In this document: positions 1-12,181 of the stretch, piece after piece
How positions within the stretch are numbered: position 1 is the first letter of the stretch
Layout of the letters: each line of letters opens with the position of its first letter
NCBI GenBank assembly: GCA_051362555.1
Contig: CM120647.1
Coordinates: 19,754,651 to 19,818,650, forward strand
Length of the DNA stretch: 64,000 bases
Source: Lingula anatina
Lineage: Eukaryota; Animalia; Brachiopoda
Direction of reading: 5' to 3'
Position numbers and translations under genes: made by a program
Notes under the pieces: generated by a model
The model's input: only the letters and a program-made list of their open reading frames with translations
Database searches by the model: none
Told to the model about the DNA's origin: nothing

Positions 1-590
1 GCCAGTCGAGTAACCCCAGTTTATGGATCTAACAACAAAATTGCCGAGCTGTGACCAGAATACCTTGAAGAATTCGACAGTGAACCCATCCGAGCCTGGA
101 CTCTTATTACTTTTCATTTTTTTCAGAATTTGGGAGGCTTCATTTAGACTAATTATACCCTCTAGTTCACTTGACTCAACGTCTGTGAGCCTCAATGGAT
201 AATTGTGCGGTAAAATTGTGCTTAAGTCAACATCAATCACTTCATTAGACTCTGCAAATAACTGTTCGTAGTAGCATTTAATTTCTTTTAAAATTAATGT
301 TTGGGTAGTAATTTCTTCTCCGTTATCTTTAACTATCTTGGGTATTATTTTTGAAGTGAAATTTCGGTTTTCTAGGTTTAAAAAATATTCAGTGGGTTTT
401 TCACCCTCTTCCAGCCACTTTGTCCTGGATCTTATCATACTACCCCTTATTTTATTTTCCCTGATGTATTTTAGTTCCTCTTGTAATCTCTCTATATTAT
501 TTGCGTTTAGATTGTAATTTCTCTCCAAATTACTTATTTCTGTTATCAATTTTTTTTCTCTGTCATCAACTAGTTTTTTCTTATAAGATG
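1..590 (-). mobile_element. Tx1/L1-clade non-LTR retrotransposon ORF2 fragment, running off the left edge
   Basis: Manual minus-strand translation gives IRGSMIRSRTKWLEEGEKPTEYFLNLE...LKKMKSNKSPGSDGFTVEFFKVFW. These are the W.EEGEKP.EYF and KSPG.DG...EFFK.FW motifs found upstream of the RT domain in L1/Tx1 ORF2. Confidence 0.9.
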
Positions 591-1102
591 AAACGGAAAT
601 GGTTTTGCCCCTGATATGCCTTACTGTTTATACAAGTGCAACAAAGTGATTTAGTTTGGTGATGCTTTAAAACGTAAGGATAGGGGATTAAAATGAGATA
701 CCGCATATTGACATTGTTTGTTTCTATGGCAAAGAAACGATTTTTTTTTCTACGGGCTACGAATCCCACCCTATTTGAACACCTCCTTCTATGTTTGTCA
801 ATATCTTCATCTTCATCGATGGATTTGGAGGAAAGTAGAGTTAGAAATAATGACAAACTATAGCGAGTGCGGTGCAACAACCAATAAAATATATCCATGG
901 ATATTCTTATGATTATTTTTCTCTTAATTGTTGTCTTTTGTCCAACAGTGCGCACTCACCATGTTAACTTTTATATTATTGTCTGGGTTGACATTTCCGT
1001 TACACGCATTCTCGCCCGTTTTAAGCTATCTCGAATGATATCCATCGGACTATGATCCTATCATATTAGGACCGTTGCTGAATGCTATATTCTTATTTGT
1101 AG

Positions 1103-1364
1103 TGCCTTCACCGGCGTGGTGCTCCGTGGTGCTCTCAGAGCCCTAAGGTCAAGGCCGGCGCGGGCCGTGTTGCGCAAACTGGCCCAATACTACGGGAAGA
1201 GAAGCAACGTGTACGAGATCATTGAGGTTATAGAAGAAGTGGCCAGAATAGTTGGAAGATATGATAGGGCGTTCTCCAGTCATTTCATGGACGCGGCTGT
1301 GCGGCTCGGTTTTAGCCGTGACTTTGGCCTGGCGGTATACAACCTTGTCTATTGGCTGATATAG
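1103..1364 (+). CDS. Terminal coding exon of an unknown small amphipathic helical protein, paralog 1
   Basis: Acceptor ttcttatttgtAG ends at 1102 (phase 2). The GC-rich open frame reads AFTGVVLRGALRALRSRPARAVLRKLAQYYGKR...RDFGLAVYNLVYWLI*. It aligns without gaps to the paralog at 3914-4175. The upstream exon was not identified. Confidence 0.75.
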
Positions 1365-2519
1365 ATAGAGTTGGCTGCAGTACTGTAGTCCTGCGATATA
1401 TTCAACCGACAGGCACCTATCTGTTCAATTGAACCATTAAACTCGCTTACTTGTAGTTAAAATTATGTTCTAGTTACATGTACTTGTACAAGTCGACTTG
1501 AATATTAGAATAAAACTTCTAGCATGCAAAATGATGAAAATGTGCATGATAATTTCTGCAAAAATACAGTAGGTATCGAGGAAAGTTGGTCTAAATTTTT
1601 AGTCTGTTTTGAGCAAAGTTAAATCAGTACTACATGTAGTCAACTGAAATGGAATGCCTGTACTATAAATAGAGAGATGACTGACCAAAAAGTCACTTGA
1701 ATATATAGACTATTTCCGTTTTTTACCAAAATTATGATTTAAAAGTTACGACCAAATTCAGTGTTATTTATTTATTTATTAGTTATTGAAAACGATACCA
1801 GCATATATACTAGACCAATAACACGTTGTTCTGCTCTTTTCGAATTAGTTCTTATATCATAACGTAAATTCTAATGGCCAATTTACGAAATCATCCGCTG
1901 TTTGATAACTATCAGAGTTTTTCGTCTTTTGTAGTTTTCTCACAATCAAATAATCTCACTTACCTCATTTAGTTTATTAAACTGTCAATTAGAAAATGTC
2001 ACTTTATCATTTGATGTCAGGAGAAGAAAGATATTTAAATAGGTTTGCCTGATATAATGCATCATTAGATTAATTAACTGCAAAACCCGAGTACATGAAA
2101 TTCCAAATTATTGACTAAATTTTAAAAAATCGTGTGATCACAAGGGGGTCTATGACGTAACTGAGAAGTTGGTATGGGACTGGGATAAATAATGTTCGCC
2201 TTGAAACAGTAGACGAGGATAATTGTACTAATACATGTACGAACGCTATATATAAATATGTAAGAAACAGATATGAAAAATGTGTTTGGTTCTGTCTTGT
2301 TGGCTTCGTTATATTGCGTTTCTATAGCTAGTTGTTGTTGTTGATGATGATGTTGTTCACATTGGTGATGGTGATATTGCTATTGTTGTTGTTGATGATG
2401 CGTTGTTGTTTTTGTTGTTGATGATAATGATGTTGTTATTGTTGATATTGTTGTTACTAGCGGTTGATGTCGTTGTTAATGATGTTGTTATTATTGACAT
2501 TGTCTGACACTGTCTGTCG

Positions 2520-2700
2520 GGATATGCTATTGCAACTAAACAAAAACCACCCAGTCCGTTCAGAATGAGGGGTAAATTGCCACCAAAACGCATTTTTCAA
2601 GGCCCTTAGCGAACACCAAACTGGTTTTAGCTGGTTAGAATACCAGACGACTTCAGGGGAACCCACTGTAAACAGCAAAACATCGTTGTATGTTTCTCTA
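2520..2700. repeat. Interspersed repeat, second copy at about 13963-14140
   Basis: Both sites share aaaaccacccagtccgtt...tagcgaacaccaaa...ccactgtaaacagcaaaaca. Family unknown. Confidence 0.7.
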
Positions 2701-3913
2701 ATGAATTGGGGACCCTGATCGTTTCTGAGTTGAACACTGAAACCTCGTGACTTTCTTTATTGAGGTCAGCTTTCACCTGTACCGCTCAACCAGTCAAAAC
2801 AGAGTTTACAGACATCCAGAAGAGGCCAACGACTAAGCGTGTGCCGCGTCTAAAGTGACTAAGGTCATTAACAGCGTCAGTAATTGGAGTGGATACCACA
2901 CTGGTGCCAAAACACCAATGATGGTCACCCACGAAAACCTGAACCAGATCAAATAAAGGAATAATCTGAGAACCACTTAACTATCATTTGATAGGGGGCA
3001 CCTTAGGAACAATTTTAGGTTGCACGGTGGAATTCCCGGTACACACATAGCACTTTTAATAGCAGATTACTTACAAAACCAAGGGAATGAGCAGCTACCT
3101 TGGTAATCAAAATCGCCATATTTGAACCACATAGACAATATGTGGGTAGGCCATTACTCGCCGAATCAATGGTCACATGTCCTACAACAAAACTGGACTA
3201 AATTGGACAGATTTTGACCGATGCCTGGAATGTTATTCCAGATTGAACTCTAAAAACCTAACCCAAGGAATGCCTTGCCACTTGAGAGCGCTGCTAGCAA
3301 ACAGAAGAGGTCAAGCGTAACAGCGACCGTTACTGTGACTAGACACTGACATGGGGGTTCTTTGTGAGGCGTGTATCTCTTTTACAGAAAATAATTTGGA
3401 AAATATGGAGATCCAAAATATCTCTTTTAATTGTTGTCGTCTGACATAGAATAGGCAATGTGTTTCTGTTTGCTTCTCTGGCGAATTCCATTAATGAACT
3501 GATGTCACAATGATATCAAAGAGATAATTAAAAGTTATTAAAACACGATTTTAATCTTTATTTTCATTTATCAGTCAGAAAAATAGAAAAAAATTGATGA
3601 AAAATGATTTGGAAAAAAATATTCCATATTAAATGTCAAGTCTGTAGTACAGGAGACTCGAAGCGTTAGAAAATTTATTTTTGAGAGCCACTGTCTTTGT
3701 TCAAGTTAATCCTTTAGAAGAAATAAAGAGAAATTATTAATCATAACAACTTTAAGTTGTGTTTGTATGTTTAATGTGTAATTATCTCAAGCATTTAACT
3801 ATATTAATTTATTTTGAATAAAGATATCTTTCAGCCTTATACTAACACAAAATATAAATATAACACACGGAACATCTAAACTGCCATTATACCTCATTAT
3901 ATTTTTTCTCCAG

Positions 3914-4175
3914 CGCATTCGCCGCTGCAACCCTGAGGGCTGCTCTACGGGGGCTGAGGTCCAAACCAGCGCAGACTGTGCTCAGAAAATTAGCCGAATA
4001 CTACGGTAAAAAGTCCAGCATCAGCAGAGTTGCCGACGTGATTGAAGAAGTCCTTTCTGTAATGGGAAAGTACGATACAGCATTCAGCTCTTACTTCGTG
4101 GATGCCGCTGTGCGTCTGGGACTGGGCCGCGATTTTGGGCTCGCAGTGTACAATTTGATTTGGTTTTTGGTTTAA
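3914..4175 (+). CDS. Terminal coding exon of an unknown small amphipathic helical protein, paralog 2
   Basis: Acceptor ttttttctccAG ends at 3913 (phase 2). The frame reads AFAAATLRAALRGLRSKPAQTVLRKLAEYYGKK...RDFGLAVYNLIWFLV*. It has the same 262-nt length and phase as paralog 1, with many synonymous differences. Confidence 0.75.
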
Positions 4176-4303
4176 TTTTGTTGAATTCTGTTTGTTTGGA
4201 AAGGCTTCATATGGAGTGATATTAAATGAGTGTTTCAGTCTAACTCGTTTTTTATTATCATTTTAAATCCAGGTCCTACTAAAGAAGTTACTTTCGAATT
4301 TTT

Positions 4304-4304
<1 letters not shown>

Positions 4305-4359
<55 letters not shown>

Positions 4360-4365
4360 AGTTGA

Positions 4366-4413
<48 letters not shown>

Positions 4414-4422
4414 AGAGAGAGA
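4305..4422. repeat. Compound (GT)n/(CA)n/(GA)n microsatellite
   Basis: Directly visible in the sequence. Confidence 0.95.
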
Positions 4423-5088
4423 GTGTGTCAGAGTCACGACCCATCAGTATCAAACATGTAAAATATCCAGATTAATTTTACTCAGGGTGGATTCGCGCGT
4501 TTCATTATGATTTCTAATGTGAAATATTATCTTTGTTCATTCAACAGTTCATTGATCTACCAGTACTTCCATTATCTTCATTTTACATCCTAAACCATGA
4601 AAAGACAATCACTTGATTATGTGGATCACTTATGAAACCCTTTAATAACTTGTTGAATCATTCTATTAATGTTAAACACAGAAATGTACAAACACAGAAT
4701 ACGTGTCATTTATTGAGTAAAAAGTACTAGTCCATTTCATAACGACCCTGAACATAACTTTTGTTCGAAAAGATAACCATTAATTGTCAACTGCAATGAA
4801 GATTTGACATTATAACTGAAAAAAAATTAAAGGGAGGTCTCGTTGCCTTTTTGACGCATGTGTATAACTGCAAGTTCTGTAAATCAAAGCAGAGTACTGG
4901 CCCTAGAGTCAACAACATGGTGAGAAAAACACCCGTTTCAAGCAAAATTCTAGATGGGCTGTTCTGTCTCAGCATTCTTAATTTCACATACACTAATACA
5001 TGTACCTCATTATTCACGTCAGACTTTCAGTAATAATAATAATAATAATAATAATGACGAATAGAGAAAAAATCCAAACAGTTCATTT

Positions 5089-6798
5089 CTAAGCTCTCTC
5101 CAGCTTAAACTGCTGGTTCGCACCTCCGTGTCTGTCCCACAGTTTCACCTCTGCCCCCTGGTGGGTGGCGTTATTCATGACGTCAAGGGCATAGTTGCCA
5201 AGTTGCGTGACGATGGTACCGTCCGCGTTTGGTATCCAACGCTGATTTGCTCCGTCATTGAAGTCCCATAAGATGACGTCACATCCGGGATAAGCGTGAC
5301 CATCTTTGACGTCAAGCACCTTACCTAGAACATAGAGTAACTTGTTCATGATTGAGATATGATATGTTTTTCTTTTTCTTTCTTTCCAATTTTTTTTTCC
5401 TTTTTTTTCTACCACACGGAATAATGACCAAAATCTTATAAAACTATATACAGTGTATGTATCCCAATACAAAGTAAATGCATGCAGGCACCAACTAACG
5501 GTTTTGATTACATATTGTTGTCAGCGTAACATGGATAGGGCCTCTCTTTGGGATCTACTAGTACATGTCAAATTGTAGTTAGTGCTTAAGGATCTAAAAC
5601 TATTTTTACAATTTTATTAGAGTAACCATTGCAAAGTGCTGTTAAACATCTGTAATGTACAAACAGACACCGTATCAGAGCCTTTGCACCACTAGCCTTC
5701 TTTGAACTTCAATATAAACACAAGTGGCCGGTGGCGATAACATATACCAATCCTCTAGAGTTCAAGGATCAAGACAGGAATAATGCAGATTTATCAAATA
5801 ATTCAGGTCAACTGACATTCATCAAATCTACCTTCGGACTGGACAGGTTCCCCCTCCCCCTGATTGTCCTTAATATCTATTTATCAAAATAAATTAGTCT
5901 GTCATAGGTCCAAGATAAAGGCTAGGGGGTGTCTTGTTGTGACCATCAAATAGGGGATCTAATTATATGCATAAGTAATCAATAGAATAATAAACACAAG
6001 ATTAATACAAGATTAATAAATTAAAAGATGCTCAAGAAATACTAGTGCTCATTAAATCAAGGAATGAATGTATAAAAACGGTTAAGCCGACTAAAATGAC
6101 ATTGAACAAACCTTAATTAAACAAATAAATTTATGAATGAATATCATAAATAAATAAATAAATAACTCACCGTGCATTTTACTTTTAATCACGCCGTCAT
6201 GGTATGTCCAGAGCTGGTTGTCCCCCCCGTTCTGCGGCCACAGGCAGATGGTGGCCCCGTTATGGCGGGCACAGTCCCTGATGTCTAGCACCATCCCCGT
6301 TGGTTTGTGTTTTACTATATAATATGCACCGTGATGGTGGCTGGCATGATGACTGTGGTCTGCGCCCTGGAGGATAATCAAGGATTAAATGAATAAACTC
6401 AAAGATGAGGAGATGAGGTTAATCAATTTTTTTAGAATAAGATGAATTAAAGCAATGATAAAATGAAGTGATATTTAAAAAAATACAAATAAAAAAAACG
6501 TTTTTGTCTAGATAGTTTATAATAGGTTCGAAAGCTACTTTACTGCGTTGGCTTTGTATGGGAAATTGGAAGGGAAATTTCAAACACAGTTTTTGCAACT
6601 GTTTCGAGCACTATTTTTACCATGTTTAGACTAATACATGTACTAATACAAACGCGCGCCGCATGCACTTTTTTCTGCTTATTACAAACAAATTTTGCTT
6701 TAAAACAACAAAAAAATGTGCGCAAGAGTGAAACAATATTCAGTAATTAAGCTGAACTAAAAATGAGTCAAACTGAATATAAAAGTAGCACTCACCAT
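5089..6798 (-). CDS. Ricin B-type (R-type) lectin 1, 3 exons, no signal peptide
   Basis: Exons: ATG only at 6798-6796 (followed by gtgagt), 6366-6171 and 5324-5089, all GT-AG and in phase. Protein MGADHSHHASHHHGAYYIVKHKPTGMVLDI...NQLW...GKVLDV...NQRW...ALDV...NQQF has three QxW/F beta-trefoil repeats. Confidence 0.9.
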
Positions 6799-7314
6799 TG
6801 TTCTGTGTATATTCAGTTAGAAATCCACAACTCAGAGCACCTGTTTGCAGTCGTAGTGTTTGCAGCAGAGTAGGGGGCGTGTGCCTTTAATATAAGTGGA
6901 CAGCATACATTGTTACTTCATATCGAGGTCTGTTTATACGAGATCCTTTCTGGACCGAAAACCGGGTCTAAGATGCGTCTTTAGACGATTTGGGACCGAT
7001 TTGATGAAATCACCGTCGAAGTACAGTAAAAAGCTTGGTTAGCTTATTTTTTTCTCTTCGTCGCATTTTTTATTGCAGAAAATATAATGAAAAAGTATAA
7101 AATAATAAATTAACTGATAAAATAATTAACCTGTATGTAAACACTATTAGTGATACCAGTGGCGAGAAAATAATTTTATTGAGAGAAACAGAAAATAATA
7201 ATAATGAGAAAATAATAATAATGAAAATTATAAAAAAGTATTCATTGAAAAAACAACGACACATAGCTAAGTAATGAATAACTTCACGACTAATGAGAAT
7301 AAAGTCAGAAAGAA

Positions 7315-7580
7315 ACTAGAAAAGCACTTCGAGAGCCGGACCTCCGCCAAGGCAGCCATTTTTATTATTATTATTATTGATTATTGATTGATAATTGATC
7401 CAGATCACCACCAAAAACTAATTATCTGTTCCTTCGCCCACTTCTGACACTTCCTGAAAATTTCATCAAAATCGGTCCATAACTTTTTGAGTTATATTGA
7501 TGACAGACAGACAAACAGAAAGACAGACAGACAGACAAACAAACAGGGGTGAAAACATAACCTCCTTGGCGGAGTTAATA
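7315..7580 (-). mobile_element. Non-autonomous Helitron/Helentron-like (HINE-type) element
   Basis: Subterminal inverted repeat CTCCGCCAAGG / CCTTGGCGGAG, internal (GACA)n tract, and a CTAG end with adjacent hairpin-like sequence on the minus strand. Second copy at 40530-40810. Confidence 0.7.
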
Positions 7581-8757
7581 ACCAAAAAGATAAAAAGAGA
7601 AAATATAGTTCGCTTATTCTTGGCCATGCTTATTTCACTTGAAATGAATATTTAAGGAAGTCAGTTACGATGACGACGGTCTGAGCAAGGCGTCCTCCCC
7701 CAGTTTAATCAAAACGGACTTCCATTTTAATATACAGTAAGGTTTCTGTGTAATCAGGTGTTTGTTAATGACGCAAGTTGGTCCTAATTTCGGTGTAAAT
7801 GAACAGCCCCCGTCTGATGCTACCCCTATCAATGAACGATCAGAGCGCTATCTGTTTGCAGGAAGTGATAACGACGTCAGACTCATGTGATTTAGGATTG
7901 TGAGCAGCAATTCAGAGTCGTGTGATTTAAACGGGGTGAGGAAGAAGTGGGCGATATTTGAGTCATTTTAAGCATCATGCATTTAGTGATTTTTTTCTTT
8001 TGTTTAGACGTGACAGATTACAAGGAAGTCTGCGGTTTCAAAATGTCGAATAGATTTTTTGAAAATCTGACAATATCCATGGTCCATGTAGTCTTATTTT
8101 ATATTGCTATACTTTATTTTATTTTGATGACGCAGTGCAAATTGATGGAGAGAAAATAAGTTCTGAACATAGTTGAAAAGTATATATAAAATGCTAATAA
8201 CATGGTTGATTTTCAAAGTTGATCAAAGTGACCCAAATCGATCATATATAATTCGAACAAATTATACATCACAAATATATGATAACAGGAATATATTAAT
8301 TAGCCTCACCTGATAGAATATATCAATATCAAAGTGTATTATATCGTGTAAACTGAAACAAGTTTTTTTTTTCTCAGTAAAGACGGAGGGGGGCAGTTAT
8401 AAACACTATCTACAAAGTTAAAAGTGGCAACCTAAACTTCTCCCCCCCCCCCCCCCCAACCCCCCTCTTACCCCCTCTCCTTAACAGTCGCATTACACAA
8501 GACGCTACGTATCAAGTAGACACGCTATTCGGGTCACGTAAATCTGGTAAATATAGGCCTACCTACTTTAACATGTACCCGTGGCCTTGATGATGGCACG
8601 CTGACCGAGATACGCAGACCACGTGACTGTGATACAGCACCTAGTTGCACTGGGAACGGCTACACACCCCCTGACTGTTGAGGAAGAGATTTAAAGGAGG
8701 CTGGATCCAAGTTGAACCATCCACTAGCGTCTGGGAGTATTTCGATCTTAACCCAAA

Positions 8758-10103
8758 ATGGTAAGGGGCAGAAATAGTTTGAAAACTGGTCGTTGTTTTC
8801 GTATTTAATAGTAAACAACTCAGTGAAAGACGTAAATAAAAAAAATAGAAAATCGATAGTTATACGTTAAAGACTGTAGGTTAAGTATACAAAGTATATC
8901 GCTGTGATCGTCGCAATATTAAGCGTTGTTGTCACCCTTACTCCATTACAATGTACATGTACCGACATAGCCTGTATGACGTACGTGACAGACGCTTTGC
9001 TTCATCTTAGCAATGGTAAAAATACACACGTTTATGTTTTGTCTGCTGAGGTGGGTCTTAGGGTCGGGTTGACATGGGGGTGGGGTGGGGGGGGGGGGGA
9101 GAGGGACCATGTCTGCTCTAGAGATGCCCTGCTCAAAAAGCTTAAGATTGACCCACCCGAATTGTCATTGTAACGCAAGCCAGCTGAGGTTATAAAGGGT
9201 TTATTGACATACGCACACATAATAATACAATAATACGGGGCACACAGCCGTAGAATGGTATGGCAACGTAACATGGTGCAGTGTAGGCCTACGTAGCGGA
9301 ATGTACATAACGGAGTACTGTAAAAGAGTGGAACGCAACAAGTTCATTTTCGAGCCATATGTACCCATCCCACTGCCACCTTACCCCCGCAACATTAATT
9401 TCACGAAGCGATATTAGGCTGGTTATTTGTTCTACGGCTAAGAACCTGTTATCAGTGTAATGACTGAGAAAGTGAAAGCGGAAGTATTAGTAGGACTCAT
9501 TAAAGGCTTTCAAAAGAGTTGTACTTTATTGCGTTAAACATTCCTCGTTGTGACAATTTATCAGATCTTAATCAGTGCTACTTATACGTCGATATGAAAA
9601 AGAATATGAGTTGTAATACAATTGGTATAAAATCTCAATTAAGGGTTTACCCCTCTGTGTCTCCGTGAAAAGTATTAATTCGCTAAGTCAAATAGTTGTT
9701 GTTGACATAGTAAGCTTTTCTGTTGTTAGGAAGCTATTTCGTGTGTAGCAGCAAAATATGTGTTGAGGGCAGCTTCTGCGTGTAAAATATTTAAAAAATT
9801 TTCTCACTTGACATCAAATCTCTATAGAAGAAGAGGGGGGGGGGGGGCAATGGATCATGCCCCTCCCCCCTTCATTAGATTCAGAGGCGCCATTCCCCCT
9901 CCCTCCCCCTTACCAACGTTATAATTGATAAGGACATGAAAGTTTAAAATGGAAAGAGAAACTGGAAGGGGAACTCTATCTAATAATGACAGCAAATAAA
10001 CACGGAAACTTCATTATTTGCTATTTGAATATTTATTTATTCTAATTCATTTACATTATTTACTTATCTGTTTATTCAGTTATTGATTTATTCGATGATA
10101 TAC

Positions 10104-10148
<45 letters not shown>

Positions 10149-11136
10149 GGGGAGAGCTTGTTTTTATATCTTTCTAACAGAGAGAGAGATTCCCTTCAAC
10201 AATAGCAAACGCCCATTTTTTTCTGTTACAGTGGGGAAATCGCGGACATCACGGACATCACGGACATCACGGCTTCCCAGGTCCTTATCCTGGTCAATAC
10301 CCTCCCCCTGAGACATATTACTACATACGTCACAGACAGACGGGAATGGTGATAGACATCCGGGACTGTGCCCGCCATAGCGGGGCCACCATCTGCCTGT
10401 GGCCGCAGAACGGGGGAGACAACCAGCTCTGGACATACCATGACGGAGTGTTAAGGAGCAAGATGCATGGTGAGAACAGGCTATCAGTGTTATTTATTTA
10501 TTTGATTTTAGAAGGTTTGTGAAGGTTATGAACTTACAGTTATTTTTTTATCTGTCTGTATGCCTTCATAATGCTGGGTTTTTGTGAAGAGATGTTGAGA
10601 TTGGTTGGGAGACGCTAAGCTTAAACAAAAAATGGGGCATCCGCCAGAACCTTTCTACCTGGATTCATATTTGTCTTATTTTATTCTTAAAACAGAAGTG
10701 CGAATTAAAAAGCCACGCGGCATTTAGTACCGCATTTGTAATAGCTAATAATTCACACAATATTTAATCCCCTGTATCTTATCACTATGTTGGTGAACTG
10801 AAGGTCAGTGGGCCCTATTGTACCTATGATAAAAGGATGTGTCTTTTGAAATATGTGCTGATACGGCGTGTTAGGACACATTTGGTACAATGTGCAGAAT
10901 GTCATTGGTAAACAAGCATGCACCACGCGTGGGTGGGATGGGGCGTTGGGTGCTACTTCAGTGAGATTGGGGGGGGGGGGGGGGGGGGCACTGTGCGAGA
11001 GTCCCAGTACATGTAGTTGATGCCATTTTTAAATTGCTGTAAAATAAGGTTTATTTTACAGCAATTGAATTTTAATTTTGTAGTATTTGTCTAATATTTT
11101 CTTGTGGTTATGTAGAAATTAGGTGGTGTTGGGTTG

Positions 11137-11185
<49 letters not shown>

Positions 11186-11461
11186 CATGTAATAAAGCGC
11201 AACATGTAATTCGTCATTTTAGGGAAAGTCCTGGATGTGAAAGACAACAGGCCGCACCCTGGGAATGATGTCATTTTGTGGGACTACAACGGCGGCAATA
11301 ACCAGCGTTGGCGCGTGGAGTACGACGGCACCATCGTCAGTTACCTTGGCAACGTGGCCCTTGATGTCATGAACAACGCCACTCACCAGGGGGCAGAGGT
11401 GAAGCTGTGGAACAGACACGGGGCGCCCAACCAGCAGTTTGTGCTTGATCGGGCGTATTAA
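8758..11461 (+). CDS. Ricin B-type (R-type) lectin 2, 3 exons, GHH/Pro-rich N-terminus
   Basis: Exons: candidate ATG-only exon 8758-8760 (ATG|gtaagg, inferred by analogy with lectin 1), 10232-10469 and 11223-11461. Protein (M)WGNRGHHGHHGHHGFPGPYPGQYPPPETYYYIRHRQTGMVIDI...NQLW...NQRW...NQQF. Intron positions and phases match lectin 1. Confidence 0.88.
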
Positions 11462-12181
11462 GCTTAAAGGACGTTCTAACTTCTTTATACAGTGTCATAA
11501 AGTGTTAGAAAGACTGCTATTTTATTGTTGATTCTGGATTGAAAGGACATTGACAAACTTCACGTAGAATCCAGATATGGATAGATGTTTAAAAGTATTT
11601 TTATAATTTGACACCGAGGTTTGAAGGTTAAATGATAAATAACTGTAAAAGAGAATAGTAATAAATCCTTTTATAACAAATTTGATTTCACCATTTTATT
11701 ACATTAGATTTTATTTTAAAAAAAGGAATACAAGCACTACACTGGGATAACTGTAGGAAGCAAATCTCTTCTTATCTATGATTATTTTTTGAAATTCTTA
11801 ATTTGCTTTGATAAATAATTTCACTTATTTCTCACAAAATATTTCTCTCATATGGGGATAAGGATAGAAGATCGCTGATAATCATAAATATGAATATATG
11901 TAATACATGAACTGCATCATTCTAACAAATGAAGGTTTAAATCAGTAATCTGAAGCCTACTAGTAATCTCAAGGCTCCCCTTCGATGAATTGGGACTAAT
12001 GATATATTGTATGAACCCTGACGCACAATCTTTACCATTTTCAACTTTCTTTCAATACGATATAAGAATTTCTAGTGACTCTGAAGACTGGGTTCACGGG
12101 GTCTATTGTCACGGGGTTTGTCTTCAACATAGTGGCTCTGCGTTTTCATCACCAACGTTACAAGACAGTTGGGCATTGTTT

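Noticed and set aside
954-962. ATG|gtgagt on the minus strand, resembling the ATG-only first exon of lectin 1
   Set aside because: No downstream exon is visible within the window, and a 9-bp match can occur by chance.
897-1055. Hydrophobic MDILMIIFLLIVVFCPT as a signal-peptide exon for the protein at 1103
   Set aside because: The obvious donor is phase 0 but the acceptor needs phase 2, and no open equivalent was found before paralog 2.
2330-2500. Asn/Thr/Ile-rich ORFs 2357-2593 and 2457-2678
   Set aside because: They are translations of a degenerate (GTT/GAT)n low-complexity tract plus an interspersed repeat.
4230-4475. CVCVCV/ERERER/THTHTH ORFs, and similar YIYIYI ORFs at 17325 and 58535
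   Set aside because: Dinucleotide microsatellite translations.
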